Below, in pieces: positions 1-8,108 of a stretch of DNA of 17,549 nt. The notes under the pieces are model-generated. The model saw only the letters and a list, made by a program, of their open reading frames with translations. It was not told where the DNA came from and ran no database searches. The position numbers and the translations under genes were made by a program. Each line of letters opens with the position of its first letter. Positions within the stretch are counted from its first letter, which is position 1. This DNA comes from Bdellovibrio sp. Its GTDB lineage: Bacteria; Bdellovibrionota; Bdellovibrionia; Bdellovibrionales; Bdellovibrionaceae. Location of the stretch: positions 1-17,549 of the forward strand of contig JBKCUU010000112.1 of NCBI GenBank assembly GCA_046318155.1, in the 5' to 3' direction.

Positions 1-42
1 CCTTTGAACTGGTCTGGCCAAAGCTTGTAAAGGCCCCGTAAA

Positions 43-2394
43 TTGAGAGGAATGAACCGCCTCTTGAAGAAATTTCGCCAGGATCTCTTCGGTCTCGTCT
101 TTTTAGCCATCGGCCTCTTCGTGGGATTGGCGTTCTTAAGCTTTAGCCCCCTAGACCCCTCCTTCAACTCGATCGGGCACGGCCTGAAGGTCGCCAACTG
201 GTGCGGAATTGTGGGGAGCTTTCTTGCCGACGCGATCTTTCAAATGTGCGGCGTTTCGGCCTGGCTTCTCCTGCCCGGCTTGTTCCGCCTCTCTTGGTTG
301 GCGCTTCAGGGTGACGAATTTAATGTCAAAAACTTAAAGCTGATTTGGGGACTGCTTTTACTTGTCGTGTTCTCAACGCTCACCGCCGTGTACTTTCCTG
401 AAACGCGCTTGTACCAAGACCAAATTGCCGTTGGCGGGATCTTAGGACTGAGCCTCAGCAAAGGCTTGATCCAGGCGTTTAACCCTGTCGGTGTTCAGGT
501 AGTTTTGTGGTTTTCGGCTGTTGTTCTTTTTCTGTTCTTTTCTGAAAAAAATCTGGCCGAACTCACGAGCATCCCTAAAAAGGTGCTTAAGCAGGTTTGG
601 GGTGTTGATTGGTTTGCGATGTGGAAAAACTTGTGGATTTCCGCTCGACCGAAGCTCCCAAAAATGAAGCAGCGCCCCGAGTCCGCGGCAAAGTCTTTGA
701 CGCTCGAACCTCAAGATGTGCGCCTTGAAAAGCTTTCGCAGCCCGTTCAAGTAGAAATGGCCATGAATGAAGACGAGCACCAAAACGAGAGCGATAACGA
801 CCAAGGGAGGGCGGCACCCTTGGCCACCAAGAAACGTAAAGTCATTGTCACAGCCCAGATTCCTAACCGTGTTGAAAACTGGAAGATGCCCAAGGTTGAT
901 GATTTAATCGATGATCCCCCCGCAAGCCGGCTTAAAATTGACCAGCACGAAATCAAAGAAAAAGCCCGCGTTCTTACCGAAAAGCTTGCACTCTTTGGCG
1001 TAACGGGAGAAGTCACCGCCGCGAAGCCAGGACCCGCCGTCACCATGTTTGAATTTAAGCCAGATAGTAGCGTCAAGCTGAGTAAGATTACTGAACTCGA
1101 AGACGATTTATCTTTAGCGCTGGCCAGTGAATCCTTGCGGATCTTGGCCCCCATTCCTGGGCGAGATGTCGTCGGAATTGAAACTTCAAATCGTCAGCGC
1201 GAAACCGTCTACATGAAAGATATGTTTGCTGAGAATAAGTTTTGGAGTGACGACATCACCTTACCCCTGGCGCTTGGACGCAAGGTGGATGGAACTCCCG
1301 AAATCGTCGATCTGCGAAAGATGCCGCACTTAATGGTTGCGGGAACAACCGGTTCGGGAAAATCAGTCTTTACCGTTTCGGCGATTATGGGTCTGATTTT
1401 TCGCCATTCACCAAAAACTTTAAAACTGATTCTTATCGATCCCAAACAAGTTGACTTGGCGGCTTTTGAAAAGGTCCCGCACTTGGCCGTGCCCGTGGTC
1501 ACAGACTCTCGCCAGGCGGTTCTGGCTCTGAAGTGGGCCGTTCGTGAAATGGAAAAGCGTTACAAATCCATGAGCAAGTTTAGTGCGCGCAAACTCGAAG
1601 AGTACAATGCAGCGGTTGCGGACCTCTCAAAAGAGCAGATTCAATTGCATGCCGAGATGAATGACGAACTCGAGCAAACCCCGGGTAAGAAAAGCGAAAC
1701 CTACTATTACCATCAACTCCCCTTCATGGTGATCGTGGTCGAAGAGTTTGCGGACTTGATGACGGTCGACAAGGCCAACGTTGAGCAGTCGGTTGTGAGG
1801 CTGGCGCAAAAAGCACGAGCCTGCGGAATTCATTTAATGCTTTGTTTGCAAAGCCCGCGCAAAGAGTTTGTCACTGGCGCGATCAAATCCAATATCCCGG
1901 GACGCATTGCTTTTAAAGCCGCTAGCAGCATGGAGTCCCGAATCATCCTTGATGAGGGCGGCGCTGAACGCCTCCTTGCCACGGGTGATATGCTTTACCG
2001 GGGACCCGGTTCTTCGGCCATTGTGCGGCACCATGGTCCTTTTTTAAAAGATACGGACATCAAAGACTCGACCAAATTTTGGGCCGACCAAGGGGAACCT
2101 GAGTTTGATCCGACGGCTCTTCGCGCGCTTGAAAATCCAAGTGAGTCGGGCGCCGGGGGAGAACCGGGAGATTTCGGTGATGAGGCGCAAGATGACCGTT
2201 ACAACGAAATTTTAGAGTGGCTGCAAACTCAAAAAGAAATTAGCGCCTCGCTCATTCAGCGGCGTTTTCAACTGGGCTACCCACGTGCTGCACGCATGAT
2301 CGAAACTTTCGAGCGCGGCGGAATCGTGGGGCCGGCGAACGGCAGCAAGCCGCGTCAAGTTCTGATCCATAACCTCAAAGATCTTGGGGCTTAA
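43..2394 (+). CDS. ftsK: DNA translocase FtsK (N-terminal membrane domain, RecA-like motor, gamma winged-helix domain)
   Basis: Hydrophobic N-terminal helices; alpha-domain motif PGPAVTMFE; MPHLMVAGTTGSGKS (Walker A); LIDPK; RLAQKARACGIH; GAERLLATGDML; gamma domain SASLIQRRFQLGYPRAARMIE. Start is TTG43 or ATG52. Confidence 0.97.
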   Translation: MRGMNRLLKKFRQDLFGLVFLAIGLFVGLAFLSFSPLDPSFNSIGHGLKVANWCGIVGSFLADAIFQMCGVSAWLLLPGLFRLSWLALQGDEFNVKNLKLIWGLLLLVVFSTLTAVYFPETRLYQDQIAVGGILGLSLSKGLIQAFNPVGVQVVLWFSAVVLFLFFSEKNLAELTSIPKKVLKQVWGVDWFAMWKNLWISARPKLPKMKQRPESAAKSLTLEPQDVRLEKLSQPVQVEMAMNEDEHQNESDNDQGRAAPLATKKRKVIVTAQIPNRVENWKMPKVDDLIDDPPASRLKIDQHEIKEKARVLTEKLALFGVTGEVTAAKPGPAVTMFEFKPDSSVKLSKITELEDDLSLALASESLRILAPIPGRDVVGIETSNRQRETVYMKDMFAENKFWSDDITLPLALGRKVDGTPEIVDLRKMPHLMVAGTTGSGKSVFTVSAIMGLIFRHSPKTLKLILIDPKQVDLAAFEKVPHLAVPVVTDSRQAVLALKWAVREMEKRYKSMSKFSARKLEEYNAAVADLSKEQIQLHAEMNDELEQTPGKKSETYYYHQLPFMVIVVEEFADLMTVDKANVEQSVVRLAQKARACGIHLMLCLQSPRKEFVTGAIKSNIPGRIAFKAASSMESRIILDEGGAERLLATGDMLYRGPGSSAIVRHHGPFLKDTDIKDSTKFWADQGEPEFDPTALRALENPSESGAGGEPGDFGDEAQDDRYNEILEWLQTQKEISASLIQRRFQLGYPRAARMIETFERGGIVGPANGSKPRQVLIHNLKDLGA

Positions 2395-2411
2395 GATAAA
2401 TTCAGGCTGGC

Positions 2412-3001
2412 ATGAAGGCGGGGGGGTATTGGCACTCGCACTTGTAACAAGCCTATTGGTAGGCTCTTTCGCATCTGCAAATACAATCACCGACGTTTTG
2501 GCTCGAGCGGGACAACAGATTGTCATGAACGAGGATTTGCCTGCGGCGCTCAATTTTAAAAAAGGCGACACCGCCAACTACAATGTCGACATTGGCATCA
2601 TCAAAGGATCGATGAAAATGTTGGTGATGGACATCGTGGCTGACGGCGTTTGGATTCAGCAACTTGTCGACCTTGGCTTTGCCGGCAAACAAGATATGCA
2701 ACAGTTGATCGATCCGAACACGGGCGAGATCAAGAAGCTGATCGTAAACGGTAAAGAACAAGCACCCCATAAAGCCGGCAATGTTGAAGTGTTCGATTCG
2801 AAAGAAGACACGGTGACGGTTCCTGCAGGCACTTTCACCTGCCTGTACATCAAGGCAAAAGTAACGACCGATGGTAAAGCCAGCGAAGCTCAGCAATGGA
2901 TAAACCCGAAGACAGTTCCTGTTTTTGGTATCGTTAAAATGATCACCGAGTCACAATTAGGACCCGTGACAGTCGAGTTGCTTTCGTTTAAACGTATGTA
3001 A
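2412..3001 (+). CDS. Secreted beta-rich protein, DUF3108-like; 5' end apparently frameshifted at a G7 tract
   Basis: Signal-peptide h/c region VLALALVTSLLVGSFASA and the motif TVTVPAGTFTC...WINPKTVPVFGIVK recalled from DUF3108-like proteins. ATG-AAG at 2412 is out of frame with the body. In-frame alternatives are TTG2384 and TTG2429. Confidence 0.6.
2420..2426 (+). repeat. G7 homopolymer tract in the signal-peptide-coding region
   Basis: catgaaggc-GGGGGGG-tattggca read directly from the sequence. Confidence 0.9.
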
Positions 3002-3876
3002 TGACGTTTTTTTCGATCAAGACTAGAGAAAAAGCCGCCCTATTTATGGTGGCTCTTTTTTTTACCTCGGCGATTCAGGCCGCAGGCAAAGTTGAAACTT
3101 ACCAAGATCTCATCGAGAAAGCTTATAACCTTTCTTTGCAAAAAGATCGCCTCCAAGCCGTCAACCTTCTGGTCAGTGCTGCGCAAAGAGAGGCCAAAAA
3201 AGGGCAAATACCCAAAGAACTTCTGACGGCGCTTGAAGAAGTGTCGACCGTCTTTTACAGCGACAAAGCTCAACAGGCCTATGAGCTTGCGCTCTCACTT
3301 CGAGTCACGGACCCGGGCTTAGCCTCTGGTAAGCTGACCGAAGCTGCCCGCATGGAGCCAGACAATTTGCAAATTCTTGTCGAGCAAATGCGAATGCAAG
3401 TGGGCGCCGGCGACTGTGATGCGGCCTACCGGGCGGCTCAAAAGGCCACAGAAAGAAATCCGTTTGGAGAAGATTTGCGGCTCGCATTTGCCCAGGCCGC
3501 TCTTTGCGCAGGTAAAATTCAAGAATTTCACACGACTCGCAATACGATTGATCTCAAAAAAGCCGGCCGAGAAATTTTCTGGCTTGCGCTTGATCTCGAG
3601 CTCGCTCACCGAACGGGATCTTTTGGTAAAGGCCGCGAGTTGTCGGTTCAGCTTTCAAAAGTCGATGCGAGCTTTCCTGAGGCGCAGTATTGGCTGTGGA
3701 AGTTTAACCAAGGACTTAAAATTCCAGAAGAACGAGCGGGCACGAAGTATCTCACGCTTTGCAAGAGTATCAGCTCGCGTGCCGCCCGCCAATACCAGGC
3801 AGAGCCACGCCTCTGCCGTCGCCAATCTGAAGTTGAAGCTGAGATCAAAAAACCAATAGGCAAAACGAATGAATAA
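3001..3876 (+). CDS. Exported TPR-like helical repeat protein
   Basis: Signal-like N-terminus (AALFMVALFFTSAIQA); Ala/Leu-rich helical repeats with TPR-like turns (ARMEPDN, TERNPF, DASFPEAQYWLW); TAATG stop/start overlap with the upstream gene. Confidence 0.65.
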   Translation: MTFFSIKTREKAALFMVALFFTSAIQAAGKVETYQDLIEKAYNLSLQKDRLQAVNLLVSAAQREAKKGQIPKELLTALEEVSTVFYSDKAQQAYELALSLRVTDPGLASGKLTEAARMEPDNLQILVEQMRMQVGAGDCDAAYRAAQKATERNPFGEDLRLAFAQAALCAGKIQEFHTTRNTIDLKKAGREIFWLALDLELAHRTGSFGKGRELSVQLSKVDASFPEAQYWLWKFNQGLKIPEERAGTKYLTLCKSISSRAARQYQAEPRLCRRQSEVEAEIKKPIGKTNE

Positions 3877-4090
3877 TTGTTTCGCGATCTTGATGACAGG
3901 TTTCGTTTTTTTTAGTTTAGGCTGCGGCGTGCGCGGGCGCCCCTTGCCCCCCGAAAACCCGCCGCCATTAGGGCGAGGAGAGCCCAGCTTTAAAAAGGCG
4001 ACCGAAAAAGTCGTTTTGCCGACAAAGAAAAAGCGCGAAGCGCCGGTCGACGACTGGAATGAATCCGAAGACCTTCAAGAGAAAGAGTAA
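3869..4090 (+). CDS. Small lipoprotein, LptM/YifL/LppL-like
   Basis: Lipobox SLG-C followed by GVRGRPLPP, resembling the CGxKGPLxxP motif. It lies immediately upstream of dapF, the position yifL/lptM occupies in E. coli. Confidence 0.7.
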   Translation: MNNCFAILMTGFVFFSLGCGVRGRPLPPENPPPLGRGEPSFKKATEKVVLPTKKKREAPVDDWNESEDLQEKE

Positions 4091-4092
4091 GC

Positions 4093-4899
4093 ATGAGCCC
4101 TCGATTGATGACCCGGATGTCCGGCGCTGGAAACACGTTTTTGATATGGAATGCCTTTTCAGCTGAAGTTTCAAAAGACGCGCGCACGGGCCTCACTCGC
4201 CTTTTGTGTGATAGCTTCACGGGCTTTTATACCGACGGCATGATTTTTTTGGAAAAAGACCCTTCTGGTAAAAATGATTTCGTTTGGGATTTTTACAACT
4301 CGGATGGCTCGGGTGCGGAGATGTGCGGAAACGCGGCTCGCTGCGCCGCCCTCTACTACCGGCATCGAGTTAGCACCGAAGCCTCGAATAAAGTTCAGTT
4401 TCTAACTCGTGCTGGTCAGATTCAGGCTGAAATCTTGGACTATCAATTCGTTGAAATCTTGATGCCAAAACTAAAAGAGCCCGGAAAGTTCATCGACATA
4501 CAAAAGGGTAAAAAGAAAGAAGAGCTCTTTTTTATCAACACAGGTGTCCCTCACCTGGTCATCGAAGGGGAGCCTGATCTTGAACTCGCGCAAAAGCTTC
4601 GGCGCTCGCCCGAGCTTGGTGAGTCGGGCGCAAACGTGACGTTTGCCAATGAAATCACGCCTGGTGAAATAGAAGCCGTGACCTTCGAGCGGGGAGTCGA
4701 AAACTTTACGCTCGCTTGCGGTACCGGCGCGGTGGCGGCTGCTGCTTTTTCGATGGTTAAAAATCCACTCTTGCGTCAGCATGCAGTCGAGATGCCCGGA
4801 GGTTCTCTTCGTGTAGAATGGAAGTCAGATACGCAGGCTTTGTTAAGCGGCCCGACGCAGTTTGAGTTTGATCTCCAATTTCCTGAGGACACGTTATGA
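4093..4899 (+). CDS. dapF: Diaminopimelate epimerase
   Basis: MSGAGNTF, YNSDGSGAEMCGNAARC, NTGVPH, GANV and FERGVENFTLACGTGA; both catalytic Cys present. Confidence 0.96.
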   Translation: MSPRLMTRMSGAGNTFLIWNAFSAEVSKDARTGLTRLLCDSFTGFYTDGMIFLEKDPSGKNDFVWDFYNSDGSGAEMCGNAARCAALYYRHRVSTEASNKVQFLTRAGQIQAEILDYQFVEILMPKLKEPGKFIDIQKGKKKEELFFINTGVPHLVIEGEPDLELAQKLRRSPELGESGANVTFANEITPGEIEAVTFERGVENFTLACGTGAVAAAAFSMVKNPLLRQHAVEMPGGSLRVEWKSDTQALLSGPTQFEFDLQFPEDTL

Positions 4900-5735
4900 A
4901 AAACTTGAGGGCCGTCGTGACCGCTCTGCTCACCCCCTTTGACCAAGGAAAAGTCGATTTTGGGTCTCTCGAAAAATTGGTCGAGCATCAACTTAAAAAC
5001 GGGGTTGAGGGATTCGTGATTAACGGCACCACGGCGGAAAGTCCGACACTGAAAGCCTCAGAACGCGATGAAATTTTTAAAGAAGTGAAATCATGGGTCC
5101 CCGCTCAGTTTCCGCTTTGGATGGGAACGGGGTCCAATTCGACCGAAAAGACGATCGAAGATTCTCGCGCGGCCGAAAGACTGGGGGCCGATGCGCTACT
5201 TGTTGTTGTCCCCTATTACAACAAGCCTCCCCAGCGGGGTCTGTTCGAACATTTTGTCAAGGTCGCCGGCGCAACGAGCCTCCCTAATTTTTTATACAAC
5301 GTTCCTGGTCGAACCATCACTAGCCTTGAAGTTGAGACGGTTAAAAAATTATCTGAGCACCCGCAAATTGTCGGCATTAAGGAGGCCACCGGAAACATCG
5401 ATTTGGCAAAACAGATCCGCGCGGTCTGCGGAAAAGAATTTATCATGTTGTCGGGTGATGACGGTACGTATGATGAATTTATGTCCGCGGGCGGAGATGG
5501 TGTGATTTCGGTCGCCACGCACGTCATTCCCCGTGCGATGAAACAACAAAAGGTGCGAGAAAACTTAGATTTGATCAATGCTCTTTTTTCAGAAGCTAAT
5601 CCGATTCCAGTTAAAATGGCGATGCACTTGATGGGAGTGATTAAGTCACCCGAGTGCCGCCTCCCCCTTGTGACGTTAAGTCAGAATGCAACCGAGAAAC
5701 TAAAATCAGAAATGAAAAAGAAAGGTCTGCTCTAA
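4896..5735 (+). CDS. dapA: 4-hydroxy-tetrahydrodipicolinate synthase
   Basis: GTTAES, PYYNKP, LYNVPGRT, Schiff-base Lys in GIKEATG, LSGDD and NPIPVK; ATGA overlap with dapF. Confidence 0.97.
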   Translation: MKNLRAVVTALLTPFDQGKVDFGSLEKLVEHQLKNGVEGFVINGTTAESPTLKASERDEIFKEVKSWVPAQFPLWMGTGSNSTEKTIEDSRAAERLGADALLVVVPYYNKPPQRGLFEHFVKVAGATSLPNFLYNVPGRTITSLEVETVKKLSEHPQIVGIKEATGNIDLAKQIRAVCGKEFIMLSGDDGTYDEFMSAGGDGVISVATHVIPRAMKQQKVRENLDLINALFSEANPIPVKMAMHLMGVIKSPECRLPLVTLSQNATEKLKSEMKKKGLL

Positions 5736-6464
5736 GTGAAAAAGACCAAACTTCAAGTTGCTGTGATCGGCGCCGGTGGGCGCATGGGACAAGAAATCGA
5801 ACAGGCCCTCCTTGAAAGGCCAGATGCTGTTCCATTTGTTGGAGTCGTTCGCGAGGGTTCGATCAAGGGCTACCTCAACTCGGCAAGCTCATTAGCTGCT
5901 GAGCCTCTAAAAAAGTCGCAGGTTTGGATTGATTTCTCGACTCTCGAAAGCTTCTCGGCGAACTTAAAAGCCGCCGTCAAAGCGAAGAAACCCTTGGTTT
6001 CGGGGATCACCGGTCTCACAGAGAGACATCAGGCTGAACTGAAGCGAGCCTCGGCATCGATTCCAGTTTTATGGTCGCCAAATATGAGTTTCGGTGTTGC
6101 TGCTCTCAAAAAAGCGCTCGCCATAACGGCGGAACTTGAGGATTTTGATTTTCAAATCGAAGAGTTTCACCATCGCCACAAAAAAGACAAACCCAGCGGC
6201 ACGGCTCTTTACCTACAAAAAAGTTTGGCGACTTATGTAAAGAAAGAGCTTCCTGAGCCCCTCGCAATTCGTGGTGGCGGAATTTTTGGCGTGCATAAAG
6301 TTTGGATGATGTCGGACGAAGAGACCCTTTGCTTTGAGCACCAGGCGCTGAATCGAAAAGTGTTTGCGAAAGGCGCGGTCAAGGCCGCCATCTGGTTGGC
6401 TGTGCAAAAGCCCGGTCTTTACACCATGGACGATTTGCTTAACGATTTATTTAACGATTTGTGA
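5736..6464 (+). CDS. dapB: 4-hydroxy-tetrahydrodipicolinate reductase
   Basis: GAGGRMG nucleotide-binding motif, IDFS, SPNMSFG, EFHHRHKKDKPSGTA and FAKGA; GTG start abuts the dapA stop. Confidence 0.96.
   Translation: MKKTKLQVAVIGAGGRMGQEIEQALLERPDAVPFVGVVREGSIKGYLNSASSLAAEPLKKSQVWIDFSTLESFSANLKAAVKAKKPLVSGITGLTERHQAELKRASASIPVLWSPNMSFGVAALKKALAITAELEDFDFQIEEFHHRHKKDKPSGTALYLQKSLATYVKKELPEPLAIRGGGIFGVHKVWMMSDEETLCFEHQALNRKVFAKGAVKAAIWLAVQKPGLYTMDDLLNDLFNDL
6430..6464 (+). repeat. Imperfect 12-nt tandem repeat (x3) at the dapB 3' end
   Basis: acgatttgctta / acgatttattta / acgatttgtga, encoding DDLLNDLFNDL*. Confidence 0.75.
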
Positions 6465-6487
6465 GAAGACTTATTCAAAGGAAATTA

Positions 6488-6967
6488 ATGAACTATGCGC
6501 TAGCCGCAATTTCAACTCAGCTCGCCCACGGGACCACTGGTTTGCGTCACGCTTTGCGAGAACTCTCCCCGCTCAAGATTCAGCGGGTCTCGGCGATCTA
6601 CCGTCGAATCGATGTGAGGACCGAAGGAACACTTTCGTCGGACCTGGTCATGGCCCTGCGTTTTGTGACGAACCTTGATGTCATCAGCGTGAAAAGTCAG
6701 TTTCGTCAGCTGTCCTCGGAGCTCCCCGCCACACGTCATTACCTTCTGACTTTCAACCATGACGTCATTTTGGATCCAAGAATGCCTTTGCCCCACCCAG
6801 ATTTAGTTGACGACCCGTTGATTCTACATTGCGCCGCCGAAATTGAAGGCGGATTCGAACATCCAGTGCTTGGCCGAAGCCTGCAAGAGCTTGTAAAGTC
6901 TTCGCAACCAAGAGACGGAAAATCCCTTTTTGAGTTTCTCTCGCGCGGAGAAGCTTTGTTGTCTTAA
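6488..6967 (+). CDS. FolK/HPPK-like protein lacking catalytic motifs
   Basis: Pattern VSAIY...LLTFNHDVILDPRMPLPHPDL...AEIEGGFEHPVLGRSLQEL matches the HPPK fold. ATG6488 follows an AAAGGA SD; GTG6461 is an alternative start. Confidence 0.75.
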   Translation: MNYALAAISTQLAHGTTGLRHALRELSPLKIQRVSAIYRRIDVRTEGTLSSDLVMALRFVTNLDVISVKSQFRQLSSELPATRHYLLTFNHDVILDPRMPLPHPDLVDDPLILHCAAEIEGGFEHPVLGRSLQELVKSSQPRDGKSLFEFLSRGEALLS

Positions 6968-6999
6968 CCACCCGCTGTAAGGTCAAAACCGAAGAGCCC

Positions 7000-7005
7000 A
7001 GGAGA
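7000..7005 (+). promoter_or_regulatory. Shine-Dalgarno site for tal
   Basis: AGGAGA ending 4 nt before ATG7010. Confidence 0.7.
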
Positions 7006-7009
7006 TTCT

Positions 7010-7657
7010 ATGAAATTTTTTATCGATTCAGCAGACGTTCAAGAAATTCGCACGGCGCATGAGCGTGGATGGGCTGACGGCGTGACCACAAACCCCTCGC
7101 TCATTGCAAAATCAGGCCGCGTGTTTCACGAAGTGATCAAAGAAATTTGCCAAATTGTTCCTGGTCCCGTTTCGGCAGAGGTAATCGGGACGAAAGCGGA
7201 TGAAATGGTTGGCGAAGGACTTGTTCTCGCAAAACTAGCCGACAACGTTGTCGTTAAAATTCCGATGACGGAAGAGGGCCTTGTTGCCGTTAAAAAGTTG
7301 GCGGCTCAAGGAATCAAAACCAACGTGACCTTGGTCTTTTCTGCTGTCCAGGCACTGTTAGTGGCAAAAGCGGGTGGAACGATGGTTTCGCCATTCGTGG
7401 GACGCGTGGATGACATCGGCGCCGATGGTATGAGCTTGATCAGTGACATTGTTCAGATTTATGAAAACTACGACTTTAGCACCGAAGTGTTGGTAGCGAG
7501 TATCCGTAGCCCCAATCATATTCTACAATCGGCCTTAATGGGCGCACACATTTCGACAATTCCTTTTAAAGTCATGCAACAGCTTTGTCAGCATCCGCTG
7601 ACCGACAAAGGTCTGCAAATGTTTATGGCCGACTGGCAAAAGGCCCAGGTGAAATGA
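7010..7657 (+). CDS. tal: Transaldolase (short TalC/FSA-family type)
   Basis: [24 protein letters not shown] (Schiff-base Lys) and TNVTLVFS. Glu in VSAEV and Phe in SPFVGR indicate transaldolase rather than fructose-6-phosphate aldolase (Gln/Tyr). Confidence 0.93.
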   Translation: MKFFIDSADVQEIRTAHERGWADGVTTNPSLIAKSGRVFHEVIKEICQIVPGPVSAEVIGTKADEMVGEGLVLAKLADNVVVKIPMTEEGLVAVKKLAAQGIKTNVTLVFSAVQALLVAKAGGTMVSPFVGRVDDIGADGMSLISDIVQIYENYDFSTEVLVASIRSPNHILQSALMGAHISTIPFKVMQQLCQHPLTDKGLQMFMADWQKAQVK

Positions 7658-8091
7658 AGCGAGCACTCAGAGCTGTTTTTGTCGGCGCGATGATTTTTTT
7701 CAGCGGTGGCTGCGTGACGGGCCACCTCATTAAAGAGGCGGACCGGTCGCTGCCCGAGATTAAAAATGCTATTTACGCGACGATGGGCCAGCCACGTGAG
7801 GTGGCAACGAATGAGCGCGAGTTTGAGTCGGTTTACTTTTCAAAAAAGAAAATTCAAAACTTCGACCCCGAGAAATCCAAAGAGCGAAACTACGCCAAAG
7901 TCACGGTCCTCGGCGATCGTCGCCCATACGACATTCAAGTGCAGGTTTTCCTGGAAGAACGGGTGAATGGCAATTACGAGGACGCCGGACTGGACGAGGA
8001 GCTCTCGGATCAAATTGCTGAAGAGATTAAAAAGGCCCTTCGAAAAAGTCGTGACCAACGCAACGTCATTGACGACTTCCGGGCTTTCTAA
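7654..8091 (+). CDS. Hypothetical lipoprotein
   Basis: ATG7654 overlaps the tal stop (ATGA); [20 protein letters not shown] has a basic n-region, an h-region and a lipobox-like Cys. Confidence 0.75.
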   Translation: MKRALRAVFVGAMIFFSGGCVTGHLIKEADRSLPEIKNAIYATMGQPREVATNEREFESVYFSKKKIQNFDPEKSKERNYAKVTVLGDRRPYDIQVQVFLEERVNGNYEDAGLDEELSDQIAEEIKKALRKSRDQRNVIDDFRAF

Positions 8092-8108
8092 ATACCATTT
8101 AGATATTC

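Noticed and set aside
2412..3001. Calling this gene lolA from its position
   Set aside because: No recognisable LolA motifs; the VTVPAGTF signature points to a different family.
7585..7653. Longer start for the lipoprotein ORF
   Set aside because: It overlaps tal; ATG7654 gives the ATGA coupling and a proper signal peptide.
7010..7657. Fructose-6-phosphate aldolase call
   Set aside because: The diagnostic Glu and Phe residues match transaldolase.
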